IMG/VR virus record: IMGVR_UViG_3300032248_000756
Span: 1 to 24,882 of that record
Reading direction: 5' to 3' (one strand)
DNA from: a virus
Taxonomy: Duplodnaviria; Caudoviricetes
DNA: 24,882 nucleotides
Part shown: one piece after another, positions 9,891 to 16,839 of the stretch
How positions within the stretch are numbered: position 1 is the first letter of the stretch
Layout: every line of letters begins with the position of its first letter
Notes under the pieces: generated by a model
Told to the model about the DNA's origin: nothing
Seen by the model: the letters and a program-made list of their open reading frames with translations, nothing else
Database searches by the model: none
Translations under genes and position numbers: made by a program

Positions 9891-9963
9891 TGCGCCATGT
9901 AGGGCTCGAACCTACGACCTACGGATTAAAAGTCCGCAGCTCTACCAACTGAGCTAATGGCGC
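9891..9963 (-). tRNA. tRNA-Lys (anticodon TTT), no encoded CCA
   Basis: GCGCCAT TAGCTCAGTTGGTAGAGC T GCGGA CTTTTAA TCCGT AGGTC GTAGG TTCGAGC CCTAC ATGGCGC A. Confidence 0.95.
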
Positions 9964-10160
9964 TAGCTTTCAGGAAACTTCTCCACAAAGACCTTGGCGG
10001 CCTTAGCAAGCGACTTTACATCACGCTCATTAAGAACTGTCAAATCGGTTGTTTGGATAATCTCCGCAAACCGGAAAACTTCCCTGACCCACCAAGGCTG
10101 AAAATAGTAATCAACTGCTGGCTTATCAGAACTTGGGCGAATACCTGAACTCATAATCAC
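9963..10160 (-). CDS. Small hypothetical protein inside the tRNA operon (start GTG 10160 or ATG 10154)
   Basis: The 65-aa ORF fills the gap between tRNA-Arg and tRNA-Lys on the same strand. An AGGA lies upstream of the ATG and the C-terminus is amphipathic and helical. Confidence 0.55.
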   Translation of the reverse strand: MIMSSGIRPSSDKPAVDYYFQPWWVREVFRFAEIIQTTDLTVLNERDVKSLAKAAKVFVEKFPES

Positions 10161-10170
10161 ATCCTATCAG

Positions 10171-10243
10171 TCCCCTCGGCTGGAATCGAACCAGCGGCCA
10201 AGAGATTAGAAAGCTCTTGCTCTATCCACTGAGCTACGAGGGG
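10171..10243 (-). tRNA. tRNA-Arg (anticodon TCT), no encoded CCA
   Basis: CCCCTCG TAGCTCAGTGGATAGAGC A AGAGC TTTCTAA TCTCT TGGCC GCTGG TTCGATT CCAGC CGAGGGG A. The A20 Arg identity element is present and there is a C31-U39 mismatch. Confidence 0.9.
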
Positions 10244-10249
10244 CTTGAT

Positions 10250-10278
10250 TTGCTAGACTTACCTCACTTGTTTATAGT
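10250..10278 (+). promoter_or_regulatory. Putative sigma70/SigA-type promoter for the replication operon
   Basis: TTGCTA (10250-10255), a 17-bp spacer and TATAGT (10273-10278), in the only divergent intergenic region of the window. It precedes the RBS AGGAG (10296-10300). Confidence 0.55.
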
Positions 10279-10306
10279 GCGGCTTCCCTACTTACAGGAG
10301 AACCAA

Positions 10307-10948
10307 ATGGAATACTACATCTTAGTTGCTGGTAATGGCAACACTACTAGGGCTAATGTTGAAGCCCTGATTGACGACCACTTTATTGCCAACGGCGATG
10401 AGGGTACCTTGGTGCTGGCGTTCGAGTCAACCCCGACCCAAGGGCAGAAGTGGGCGGCGCAGTTTGCCAAGGACAACAACAAGAAAACCATCACATATTC
10501 GCTTAAAGAGCACAACACCTTGGAGTGCCCTAGAACATCCGCAGTGATTAGCGATACTCCTTTTGAGGAGGCTGTCAAAGACATTGCGGGTAAGAACTCC
10601 GTCGGGTTCTTATTGTGGGATGACGAGGACATGGAATCTGCGGAAGTTTTGCGACTATGTAAAAATGCGGGAATTAAGTGTTTTGACTTGACAACAGGGT
10701 TATATGAAATCACCCCCGCCGATAATATTGAGCAAGAAGTAGCGCCTATTATCCCGTTGATGGAGAGGCTTTCAGAAGCAGAGGTCTTGAAAGAGGAACC
10801 CCAGGAGGAAGATGAAGATGTCGAGGAGGATGAGGAGGAGGTTGAAGAAGTCGGGGTCGAAGAGACTCTGACGGATGCAGTCACTTTTATTGCCCAAATC
10901 TTCGCCCGTGAGTTGGCCGCTGAGTTTAAGAAGCTGCTGGATAAGTGA
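10307..10948 (+). CDS. Hypothetical protein; Rossmann/SLOG-like N-terminal domain and acidic C-terminal tract
   Basis: ATG 10307 with RBS AGGAG; the ORF-track start at 10217 overlaps tRNA-Arg and is unlikely. Contains an ILVAGNG strand-loop and an EEPQEEDEDVEEDEEEVEE tract. Confidence 0.65.
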   Translation: MEYYILVAGNGNTTRANVEALIDDHFIANGDEGTLVLAFESTPTQGQKWAAQFAKDNNKKTITYSLKEHNTLECPRTSAVISDTPFEEAVKDIAGKNSVGFLLWDDEDMESAEVLRLCKNAGIKCFDLTTGLYEITPADNIEQEVAPIIPLMERLSEAEVLKEEPQEEDEDVEEDEEEVEEVGVEETLTDAVTFIAQIFARELAAEFKKLLDK

Positions 10949-11811
10949 TACCTTTGAGAGCTCTCGGAGTGCTCATAGATATGGTTTCCCACAGCCCCAC
11001 GCCGACGGTCAAAGACATGATGAAAAGGCATAACGTGGGCAGGGATTTACTGCAGAAAGACCTTAAATTCTTGCGCGATAACGGCTATGCTATGCTTGAA
11101 AAAAGCAAGGTCAACGACCGTGTGGTTAGTTATTACAGGGTCACCGATAAGGGTATCAAAGCCGCTATGGAGCCCTTTTTCAATAGTTTGTCGTCCGAGG
11201 ACAACTATCGGATTTTCCGGTCCCTGTATGAGCAGACATTGCAGACTAGCCATAGTCTTTTAGAAGCTAATAAAGTAATAAAATCTCTCTCACGAGGGGA
11301 AGAGACCATGCCTTACGAATTTTTTGAAAAGACCTCGAGCGAAGACGAAGATGTCAAGCGCGACCGAGATAAGTATCTAGCAAAGAAAATGGCCGATAAG
11401 CAGGCTGTGTATGACCGCAAACAAACCAACAAGCGTGACAAGCGGAGGTACATCCGCCGAGAGGAGACCCCAAAGAGGGTCTGGCGTCCTCTGGACATAG
11501 CCCGTGAGTTCGCGGACAGATTGGAGGAGTATTGGCACATTAGCCCCCTTAACCTGGTCGAGAGCAGGTTCGTCCCCGCCTTAGCCGACAAGCGGCTTCA
11601 TTACAACACCGACGGCGAGATAGAGTTTATGATGCTGGATTTGTACTTCCAGTCTATGGATTTCCAGAAGCACACAGATTCAGAGCGGCTTTGGAAAACT
11701 TTCCTCACCCGCTTCAACGAGCTTGCTGTCAAAGCTAGGGCGATGCTAGTGTCCGATGAGCAGGTAGAGCAGGCTAAAGAGCAAGCAGATAAGTCTTGGG
11801 AGAATTTTTAA
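10945..11811 (+). CDS. Winged-HTH protein, putative replication initiator / replisome organiser
   Basis: N-terminal wHTH pattern (TVKDMMKRHNVGRDLLQKDLKFLRDNGY...YYRVTDKG); lies immediately upstream of a DnaC-like ATPase; GTGA overlap. Confidence 0.55.
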   Translation: MIPLRALGVLIDMVSHSPTPTVKDMMKRHNVGRDLLQKDLKFLRDNGYAMLEKSKVNDRVVSYYRVTDKGIKAAMEPFFNSLSSEDNYRIFRSLYEQTLQTSHSLLEANKVIKSLSRGEETMPYEFFEKTSSEDEDVKRDRDKYLAKKMADKQAVYDRKQTNKRDKRRYIRREETPKRVWRPLDIAREFADRLEEYWHISPLNLVESRFVPALADKRLHYNTDGEIEFMMLDLYFQSMDFQKHTDSERLWKTFLTRFNELAVKARAMLVSDEQVEQAKEQADKSWENF

Positions 11812-12503
11812 TGTACAAACTAGATGAATTGCCTATCAGGCGCCGTTCATGGATGAAGATTGCCGCCATCCCCAAGGCCCGCCAGGGCTGGCTTATCGAG
11901 GACTGCAGCGACTTGTTCCCCAACGATATCCAGAGGGTCTTCCGATGGGTTGAGAAGGTCAAGGAGGGCCGCGTAATCAGGTCCGTAGGGGACCCTTTAT
12001 GCGGCAAGGGGCTGCTTTTCTACGGCACTCCTGGGCAGGGTAAGACGACCTTGGCATTGAGCGTCATCCAGCAGTTGGTCAAGGACATGCCTCTTAAGGC
12101 GTTTGATGTCAAGCCTGACCGCACTTTGATTGCCCCCTGCTACTTTGCCACTTACAACAATATCCTCGATTTAAAGGGCTCCTTGATGTCGGCAGATAAG
12201 ACTGACGAGGACTCCCAGCGCTTTGATGGTATCTTGGGCGAAGCAGAGGATGACGCCTACAACGTCAGGGTTTTAATCATCGATGACGTGGGCAAGGAGC
12301 ATTTGTCCGGTTCCGGCTGGCAACAGTCCCTCCTGCACCACATAATCAGAACCCGCTTTAATAACGGGTTGCCCACCATTGTGACCACGAATATTGAATT
12401 AAATAACTGGGCGGCCACATATGGACCAGCAATGGAGTCGTTTGCCCGAGAAGCATTTGCCTATATTGTTCTAGAATCTACTAAGGGAGATTTACGACGA
12501 TGA
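11811..12503 (+). CDS. DnaC/IstB-like AAA+ ATPase (helicase loader)
   Basis: Walker A GLLFYGTPGQGKT, Walker B VLIIDDVGKE and RFNNGLPTIVTTN. Start ATG 11811 through a TAATG overlap. Confidence 0.85.
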   Translation: MYKLDELPIRRRSWMKIAAIPKARQGWLIEDCSDLFPNDIQRVFRWVEKVKEGRVIRSVGDPLCGKGLLFYGTPGQGKTTLALSVIQQLVKDMPLKAFDVKPDRTLIAPCYFATYNNILDLKGSLMSADKTDEDSQRFDGILGEAEDDAYNVRVLIIDDVGKEHLSGSGWQQSLLHHIIRTRFNNGLPTIVTTNIELNNWAATYGPAMESFAREAFAYIVLESTKGDLRR

Positions 12504-12817
12504 GGAATGTTAATGTGAATAACACCGACCTTAAACTGGTTCAGATATTTTTGAGTCAGTCAACAGCTTCCGCTCCTGCCGTTTTTGAGGTGAGCCTCAC
12601 GCCGTACGACAGCTTTCATTGCACTTGCCCCGGCTACAGGAGTAAGGAAGCCTGTATACACATTAATTTCGTAGAGACGCGCATCGCCGGAAACAACGGC
12701 GTGTATCCTCTAGAGATTTCTAATAAAGCTTCGCAAGAGGAACTCGATAAGTCTTCTGAGTCCAATGAGGAATTCAGAAAATTTATCCTTAAGTTTGGAA
12801 AAATAGAGGTTTACTAA
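12500..12817 (+). CDS. SWIM zinc-finger protein
   Basis: FHCTCPGYRSKEACIHI matches the CxC-xn-CxH SWIM motif. Confidence 0.7.
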   Translation: MRNVNVNNTDLKLVQIFLSQSTASAPAVFEVSLTPYDSFHCTCPGYRSKEACIHINFVETRIAGNNGVYPLEISNKASQEELDKSSESNEEFRKFILKFGKIEVY

Positions 12818-12818
12818 A

Positions 12819-13214
12819 ATGTACAAAGGGGACTTGAGCAATGACATGCCTAAGAGAACCCTCGTGGTTGATTTGCTGTTCACGGATATGTCGGAGACTG
12901 TGACGCGAAAGTGGCTCAAGAAAAAGGTCGCTAAAGATGTCTCCTACGACCGTCTCTTGCTGAACAAGTTATACCACTACACAGTCACCTCAGGTGTGAC
13001 ATTGGAGCTTGTCTCCTTCGAGCTTAATGAGGACGAGCTTACCAAGCTCTACAACGAACTTGACAGAGTGGGCGTCAATCCTTTTAGATACCACTCGTCT
13101 TACAAAACCATAAACGAGTTAGTCTCCTTGCTTCCCTACAGACCGGAAGTTCTAGGGGTTCTGGACTTACCGCAAAGACAACTCATGTACGGCCATTGGG
13201 GACTAGACCTTTAA
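12819..13214 (+). CDS. Hypothetical phage protein
   Basis: 131 aa with RBS GAGG, packed between the SWIM and helicase genes; no function recognised. Confidence 0.65.
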   Translation: MYKGDLSNDMPKRTLVVDLLFTDMSETVTRKWLKKKVAKDVSYDRLLLNKLYHYTVTSGVTLELVSFELNEDELTKLYNELDRVGVNPFRYHSSYKTINELVSLLPYRPEVLGVLDLPQRQLMYGHWGLDL

Positions 13215-13222
13215 GGATTACA

Positions 13223-14452
13223 GTGAACAGCGAAACACGTCTACTAAGTCGGGCTATCTCAGACAAAAGTCTGGTCAAGCTTTACCAGCGCGGGGTCAAC
13301 GAGACCTGGTTCTCTGATGAGGACGACAGGCGCCTATGGACATTCCTGCGCGACCATCACGGCAAGTACGGCCAGATTCCCAGCCTCGAGGTGGTGGTCG
13401 AGAATTTCCCCACCTACAAGTTGCTCGATGTCGAGGACCCTCTTGAGTTCCTGCTTGACGATTTGATTAAGCGTCGCAGGAAATCCGCGACAAGCCTCAT
13501 GATGCACGAGGCTATCAACAAAATTGAGCAAGACCACGACCACGAGGCTGCCTTGAGCACCTTGAGGTCGGGTTTGATGAAACTCGAGCAGGACTCCAGT
13601 TCATCCGCAACAGATGTGGATATTACAAACGTTCCCATGCAGCGGTGGGACGACTACCTTGAATTGAAGAGCCTGCCAGGGGGCTTGCGTGGGCTTCCCA
13701 CAGGATTCCCCACTATCGATAAGGCTACCAGCGGGCTTCAGAAGGGCCAGCTAATCACTATTGTGGCTACTCCTAAAACAGGAAAGTCCACGTTGGCCTT
13801 GCAGATTGCGCACAACATCCACTTGCGCGGAGCAGTGCCTCTTTTCCAGTCTTTCGAGATGCTGAACCACGAGCAAATCAGCCGCTACGACTCAATGAGA
13901 GCCCGTATCTCCCATAACCGCTTGACCACAGGTACTTTGACCCCCGATGAAGAGGCCCGTTATCAGACCAAGCTTCGTAACTTGGAGAAGATGGAGACAG
14001 AGTTCTGGTTCTCGGAGTCATCCACGGCATCCACTATCTCAGGTATCGACGCCAAACTAGAGTTACATAAGCCCGACGTGCTTTTCATTGACGGTGTGTA
14101 CTTGATGACCGACGAGATGACAGGCAAGATGAACGAGTCGATTGCTCTGACTAACATCACCCGCTCATTAAAAAAATTGGCCCAGAAATATCAGATTCCC
14201 GTTATCATCACAACCCAGGTTCTAAGTTGGAAACTCAAGGGAGGAAAGCTTAATACTGACGGTATTGGTTACTCTTCGTCCTTTGCCCAAGACTCAGACG
14301 TTATCTTTGGTCTTCACAGAGAAGACGAGGAAGTTGACGACACCCGTGTGCTGAAGATTCTTGCCAGCCGTAACTGCGGCCCTGGCGAGGTATCTATGCT
14401 TTGGGATTGGGAGACAGGGCACTTCCGGGAACTTGACGAAACAGATTTGTGA
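13223..14452 (+). CDS. dnaB: DnaB-like replicative helicase
   Basis: GLPTGFPTIDKATSGLQKGQLITIVATPKTGKS, SFEM, VLFIDGVYLM, ITRSLKKLAQKYQIPVIITTQ and SSSFAQDSDVIFGL. GTG start at 13223 with RBS AAGGA. Confidence 0.92.
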   Translation: MNSETRLLSRAISDKSLVKLYQRGVNETWFSDEDDRRLWTFLRDHHGKYGQIPSLEVVVENFPTYKLLDVEDPLEFLLDDLIKRRRKSATSLMMHEAINKIEQDHDHEAALSTLRSGLMKLEQDSSSSATDVDITNVPMQRWDDYLELKSLPGGLRGLPTGFPTIDKATSGLQKGQLITIVATPKTGKSTLALQIAHNIHLRGAVPLFQSFEMLNHEQISRYDSMRARISHNRLTTGTLTPDEEARYQTKLRNLEKMETEFWFSESSTASTISGIDAKLELHKPDVLFIDGVYLMTDEMTGKMNESIALTNITRSLKKLAQKYQIPVIITTQVLSWKLKGGKLNTDGIGYSSSFAQDSDVIFGLHREDEEVDDTRVLKILASRNCGPGEVSMLWDWETGHFRELDETDL

Positions 14453-14459
14453 GCCTTCT

Positions 14460-15401
14460 ATGAATAACGTGGAGTCTGTTTTAAACAGGTTAGGTATCGA
14501 CGCAATCTCAGAGACTGGTTCTGAGATGAGGGCTCTATGCCCTGGGCACTTGGATAGGACTGGCAAGGCAGATAACAATCCTTCTTGGTATATAAACATT
14601 GAGACAGGAGCGCATATTTGTTTTTCTTGCGGGTTTAAAGGAGGGCTTTATTACTTAGTTTGCTATCTGAAAGGCTTTTTTGGCCAGGAGGGGGCTAACT
14701 TTGACCAAGCCCGCAAATGGCTTGGCGACCTTGATGAAGGGATGTCCGAAGCCCTAGAAAAGGCGGAGACTAAAAAACTCGGTTTTGAGGACCTTTCTTA
14801 TATTTCAGAAGCAACTTTGTCAGCTTTTGACGCCCCTCCTGTTGAAGCCCTTTGTTCTAGAGGGCTAACCCAAGAGGCTGCCAAGGATTATTGTATTTTA
14901 TGGGATACAAGACAAGAAAATTGGATAATTCCTATTAGAGACCCTTATACAGGGGCTCTTATGGGGTGGCAAGAAAAAGGCTATAAATCTAGGTACTTTA
15001 AAAATTACCCCACAGGTATGAAGAAGAGCCTCTCAATCTTCGGCTACGGGCTTTATGAAGGAGGGGACATGATAGTAGTAGAGTCGCCTCTTGATGCCGT
15101 TAGATTGCGTTCTGTGGGCATCCAGGGGGGAGTAGCCCTATACGGCGCTCTGCCCAGCAAAGAACAAGTCAATATTATCAAGGGGGCTGACCGCATTATT
15201 TTTGCTTTAGACAATGACGAGGCTGGAAAGTCCTCTGCTTATAATTTGGCAAAAATGGGGTTTTCAAGTAACTTTGACTCCTGGTTCTTTAATTACGATT
15301 ACACCGACCAAAAAGATATTGGTGGCATGAGTAAGCCTGAGATTATTACCGGACTTGACACAGCCCGCCATGTTCTAAGACACTTACGCCACTTACGATA
15401 G
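14460..15401 (+). CDS. dnaG: DnaG-like primase (zinc finger + TOPRIM)
   Basis: CPGH...CFSCG zinc finger; TOPRIM motifs IVVESPLD and ALDNDEAG. The likely start is ATG 14460. Confidence 0.9.
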   Translation: MNNVESVLNRLGIDAISETGSEMRALCPGHLDRTGKADNNPSWYINIETGAHICFSCGFKGGLYYLVCYLKGFFGQEGANFDQARKWLGDLDEGMSEALEKAETKKLGFEDLSYISEATLSAFDAPPVEALCSRGLTQEAAKDYCILWDTRQENWIIPIRDPYTGALMGWQEKGYKSRYFKNYPTGMKKSLSIFGYGLYEGGDMIVVESPLDAVRLRSVGIQGGVALYGALPSKEQVNIIKGADRIIFALDNDEAGKSSAYNLAKMGFSSNFDSWFFNYDYTDQKDIGGMSKPEIITGLDTARHVLRHLRHLR

Positions 15402-15410
15402 GAGATTAAA

Positions 15411-15872
15411 ATGTCCAATGTTTTTCCACATTCTAATAACTGGGATGAAGAGCGCCACAGGAAGTTTGAAGAGGATTCCCGCCGTCGTTGGGATGAGACT
15501 CGCAAAGAAATTAAAGAATGGCAAAAAGAAGAAGCAAAGCGTAGAAACCCAAATAAAAGTAATCAGTTCAGCTTTACTTCAACTCCCCCGCCAACTTCTT
15601 TTGAACAAGCCGTCAAGGCTATTGCTATGGAAGCCGCTGAATTACTCATCCGCAAGCACCAAGACTACGGTCCGGATAATATCAATAACGCTCCCGGCGG
15701 CGCTATCAACGGGCTTCTTGTCCGTATGCACGACAAGATGGAACGTTTGAAGACCCTTATTTTGAGCAAGAATACCCCGAAGTACGAAAGCATTGAGGAT
15801 ACCTTCATCGATATGCTCAACTACTCCGTCATCGCTCTTATGGTTCAACGCGGAAAGTGGCCTAAGAAGTAA
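15411..15872 (+). CDS. Nucleotide-modification-associated domain 1 (Nmad1 / DUF1599-like) protein
   Basis: KHQDYGPDNI...GLLVRMHDKMERL...ESIEDTFIDMLNYSVIALMV is the family pattern. RBS AGGAG; charged N-terminal extension. Confidence 0.75.
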   Translation: MSNVFPHSNNWDEERHRKFEEDSRRRWDETRKEIKEWQKEEAKRRNPNKSNQFSFTSTPPPTSFEQAVKAIAMEAAELLIRKHQDYGPDNINNAPGGAINGLLVRMHDKMERLKTLILSKNTPKYESIEDTFIDMLNYSVIALMVQRGKWPKK

Positions 15873-16045
15873 TGCCTATGTACGAGTACCAGTGTCCGAA
15901 GTGCGAGACACTGACAGAGTTCAACGTCCCTATTGACCAACGTGATGGGTACGTGTTCTGCCCTGACTGTACTTCTAATATGAAGCGCCTTATCAGCCCC
16001 CCGGGCGTTATATTCAAAGGCGGCGGATGGGGAGGACAGGGATGA
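15872..16045 (+). CDS. FmdB-family zinc-ribbon protein (57 aa; not in the ORF track)
   Basis: Translated by hand: MPMYEYQCPKCETLTEFNVPIDQRDGYVFCPDCTSNMKRLISPPGVIFKGGGWGGQG, showing the MPxYEYxCxxC...CPxC...FKGxG signature; TAATG overlap. Confidence 0.88.
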   Translation: MPMYEYQCPKCETLTEFNVPIDQRDGYVFCPDCTSNMKRLISPPGVIFKGGGWGGQG

Positions 16046-16290
16046 GTGACCAAGTACCGGTGCATGAAGTTGAATGCGAGAACTCTTTCGCAAGGGAAAA
16101 GTTACGGATGTGCCTTTGCACTGTGTTGCGTTTGGCGTATGAACGCGGACGTGCAGATGAACAAGCGAAAGCAGTGAAGCGCGTCAATGACGCAGCAATG
16201 AAGATTGCATTGGTTGGAATCAGGAGCTTTGAGACCGCTGACTTCCTTGACCTCATGGATGCCGCTGTGCGGGACGGTGAACAGGGATGA
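16042..16290 (+). CDS. Cassette ORF 1, hypothetical (82 aa, ends GEQG)
   Basis: ATG in repeat 1 and stop in repeat 2; contains H..EC...CLC..LRLAYERGRADE. Confidence 0.7.
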   Translation: MSDQVPVHEVECENSFAREKLRMCLCTVLRLAYERGRADEQAKAVKRVNDAAMKIALVGIRSFETADFLDLMDAAVRDGEQG

Positions 16291-16436
16291 GTAAAGAGCC
16301 AAAACTTACGTTGGGATTCTGGAACATTATTGCCGACCGTCTCCTATCCATTGAAGATGAGGTTTTTGGCAATAACTTACAAACTGGTGACGCTACGACC
16401 ACCAATATGGTTACGTTGGAAGGTGAGCAGGAATGA
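16287..16436 (+). CDS. Cassette ORF 2, hypothetical (49 aa, ends GEQE)
   Basis: MSKEPKLTLGFWNIIADRLLSIEDEVFGNNLQTGDATTTNMVTLEGEQE runs exactly from repeat 2 to repeat 3. Confidence 0.65.
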   Translation: MSKEPKLTLGFWNIIADRLLSIEDEVFGNNLQTGDATTTNMVTLEGEQE

Positions 16437-16573
16437 AGCACACATGCACAGTTTTCAACAAAACCGCATGGGCATTCCAAGAACACGAGGTACTTGGTTG
16501 CGAATGCGGGCTACTGTGGATTTCCTACCAAGGCAAATGGATTCCAGCCCGTATTGGCGGTGAGCAGGGATGA
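16433..16573 (+). CDS. Cassette ORF 3, small putative zinc-binding protein (46 aa, ends GEQG)
   Basis: MKHTCTVFNKTAWAFQEHEVLGCECGLLWISYQGKWIPARIGGEQG has HxC...CxCG and runs from repeat 3 to repeat 4. Confidence 0.65.
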   Translation: MKHTCTVFNKTAWAFQEHEVLGCECGLLWISYQGKWIPARIGGEQG

Positions 16574-16773
16574 AACTACTAATCTTCAAGTTGTTTATCG
16601 CCACCTTGTGCATCCCATCCCCATCCCCGTGCTATGACCATTGCGGAACCGTTGTCGTGAATCAGGGGCATTGGAACGCCCCGGTAGTCGGTCAGGCGTT
16701 AGTTCATGGGCATTGGGTGAAGACGAAGGTTCGCACATGGAGTCCCACCTCTACTGTCAGTAAGTGCTGGTGA
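16570..16773 (+). CDS. Cassette ORF 4, hypothetical with signal-peptide-like N-terminus (67 aa)
   Basis: Starts in repeat 4 and stops at the first TGA of repeat 5. Hydrophobic N-terminus MKLLIFKLFIATLC; four Cys. Confidence 0.55.
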   Translation: MKLLIFKLFIATLCIPSPSPCYDHCGTVVVNQGHWNAPVVGQALVHGHWVKTKVRTWSPTSTVSKCW

Positions 16774-16779
16774 ACAGGG

Positions 16780-16839
16780 ATGAACTATACAATCCGCAGA
16801 GGTCAAACTATACAATCCGCAGAGGGTGAGCAGGGATGA
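16780..16839 (+). CDS. Cassette ORF 5, 19-aa mini-ORF (MNYTIRRGQTIQSAEGEQG)
   Basis: Open from the ATG in repeat 5 to the TGA in repeat 6, and coupled to the SNF2 start by ATGA. Confidence 0.4.
   Translation: MNYTIRRGQTIQSAEGEQG
16783..16825 (+). repeat. Tandem 20-bp direct repeat AACTATACAATCCGCAGAGG x2
   Basis: Perfect copies at 16783-16802 and 16806-16825, separated by TCA. Confidence 0.9.

Larger units (their letters stand above)
16031..16839 (+). repeat. Six dispersed 15-bp gene-junction direct repeats, consensus GGTGARCAGGGATGA
   Basis: 16031-16045 GGAGGACAGGGATGA; 16276-16290 GGTGAACAGGGATGA; 16422-16436 GGTGAGCAGGAATGA; 16559-16573 GGTGAGCAGGGATGA; 16769-16783 GGTGAACAGGGATGA; 16825-16839 GGTGAGCAGGGATGA. 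Confidence 0.92.

Noticed and set aside
10217-10306. ORF-track N-terminal extension of the 10307 gene
   Set aside because: It overlaps tRNA-Arg and the candidate promoter, and a good RBS precedes ATG 10307.
10315-11031. 238-aa minus-strand Ser-rich ORF
   Set aside because: Its poly-Ser is the antisense read-out of the Glu/Asp tract in the plus-strand gene.
14361-14459. ORF-track N-terminal extension of the primase
   Set aside because: It overlaps the dnaB 3' end; the primase-like sequence begins at ATG 14460.
15381-15397. Short repeat CACTTACG x2 at the primase 3' end
   Set aside because: It is an 8-bp duplication encoding HLRHLR, too short to support any function.
16330-16563. 77-aa plus-strand ORF from the track
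   Set aside because: It has a TTG start without an RBS and crosses a repeat junction; the two repeat-anchored ORFs (16287-16436 and 16433-16573) explain the region better.
16031-16839. CRISPR array interpretation of the 15-bp repeats
   Set aside because: The repeats are too short and non-palindromic, the spacers are highly variable in length and are ORFs, and there are no cas genes.
16031-16839. Classical integron attC cassettes
   Set aside because: There is no RYYYAAC...GTTRRRY hairpin structure and no tyrosine integrase in the window; only the organisational analogy holds.
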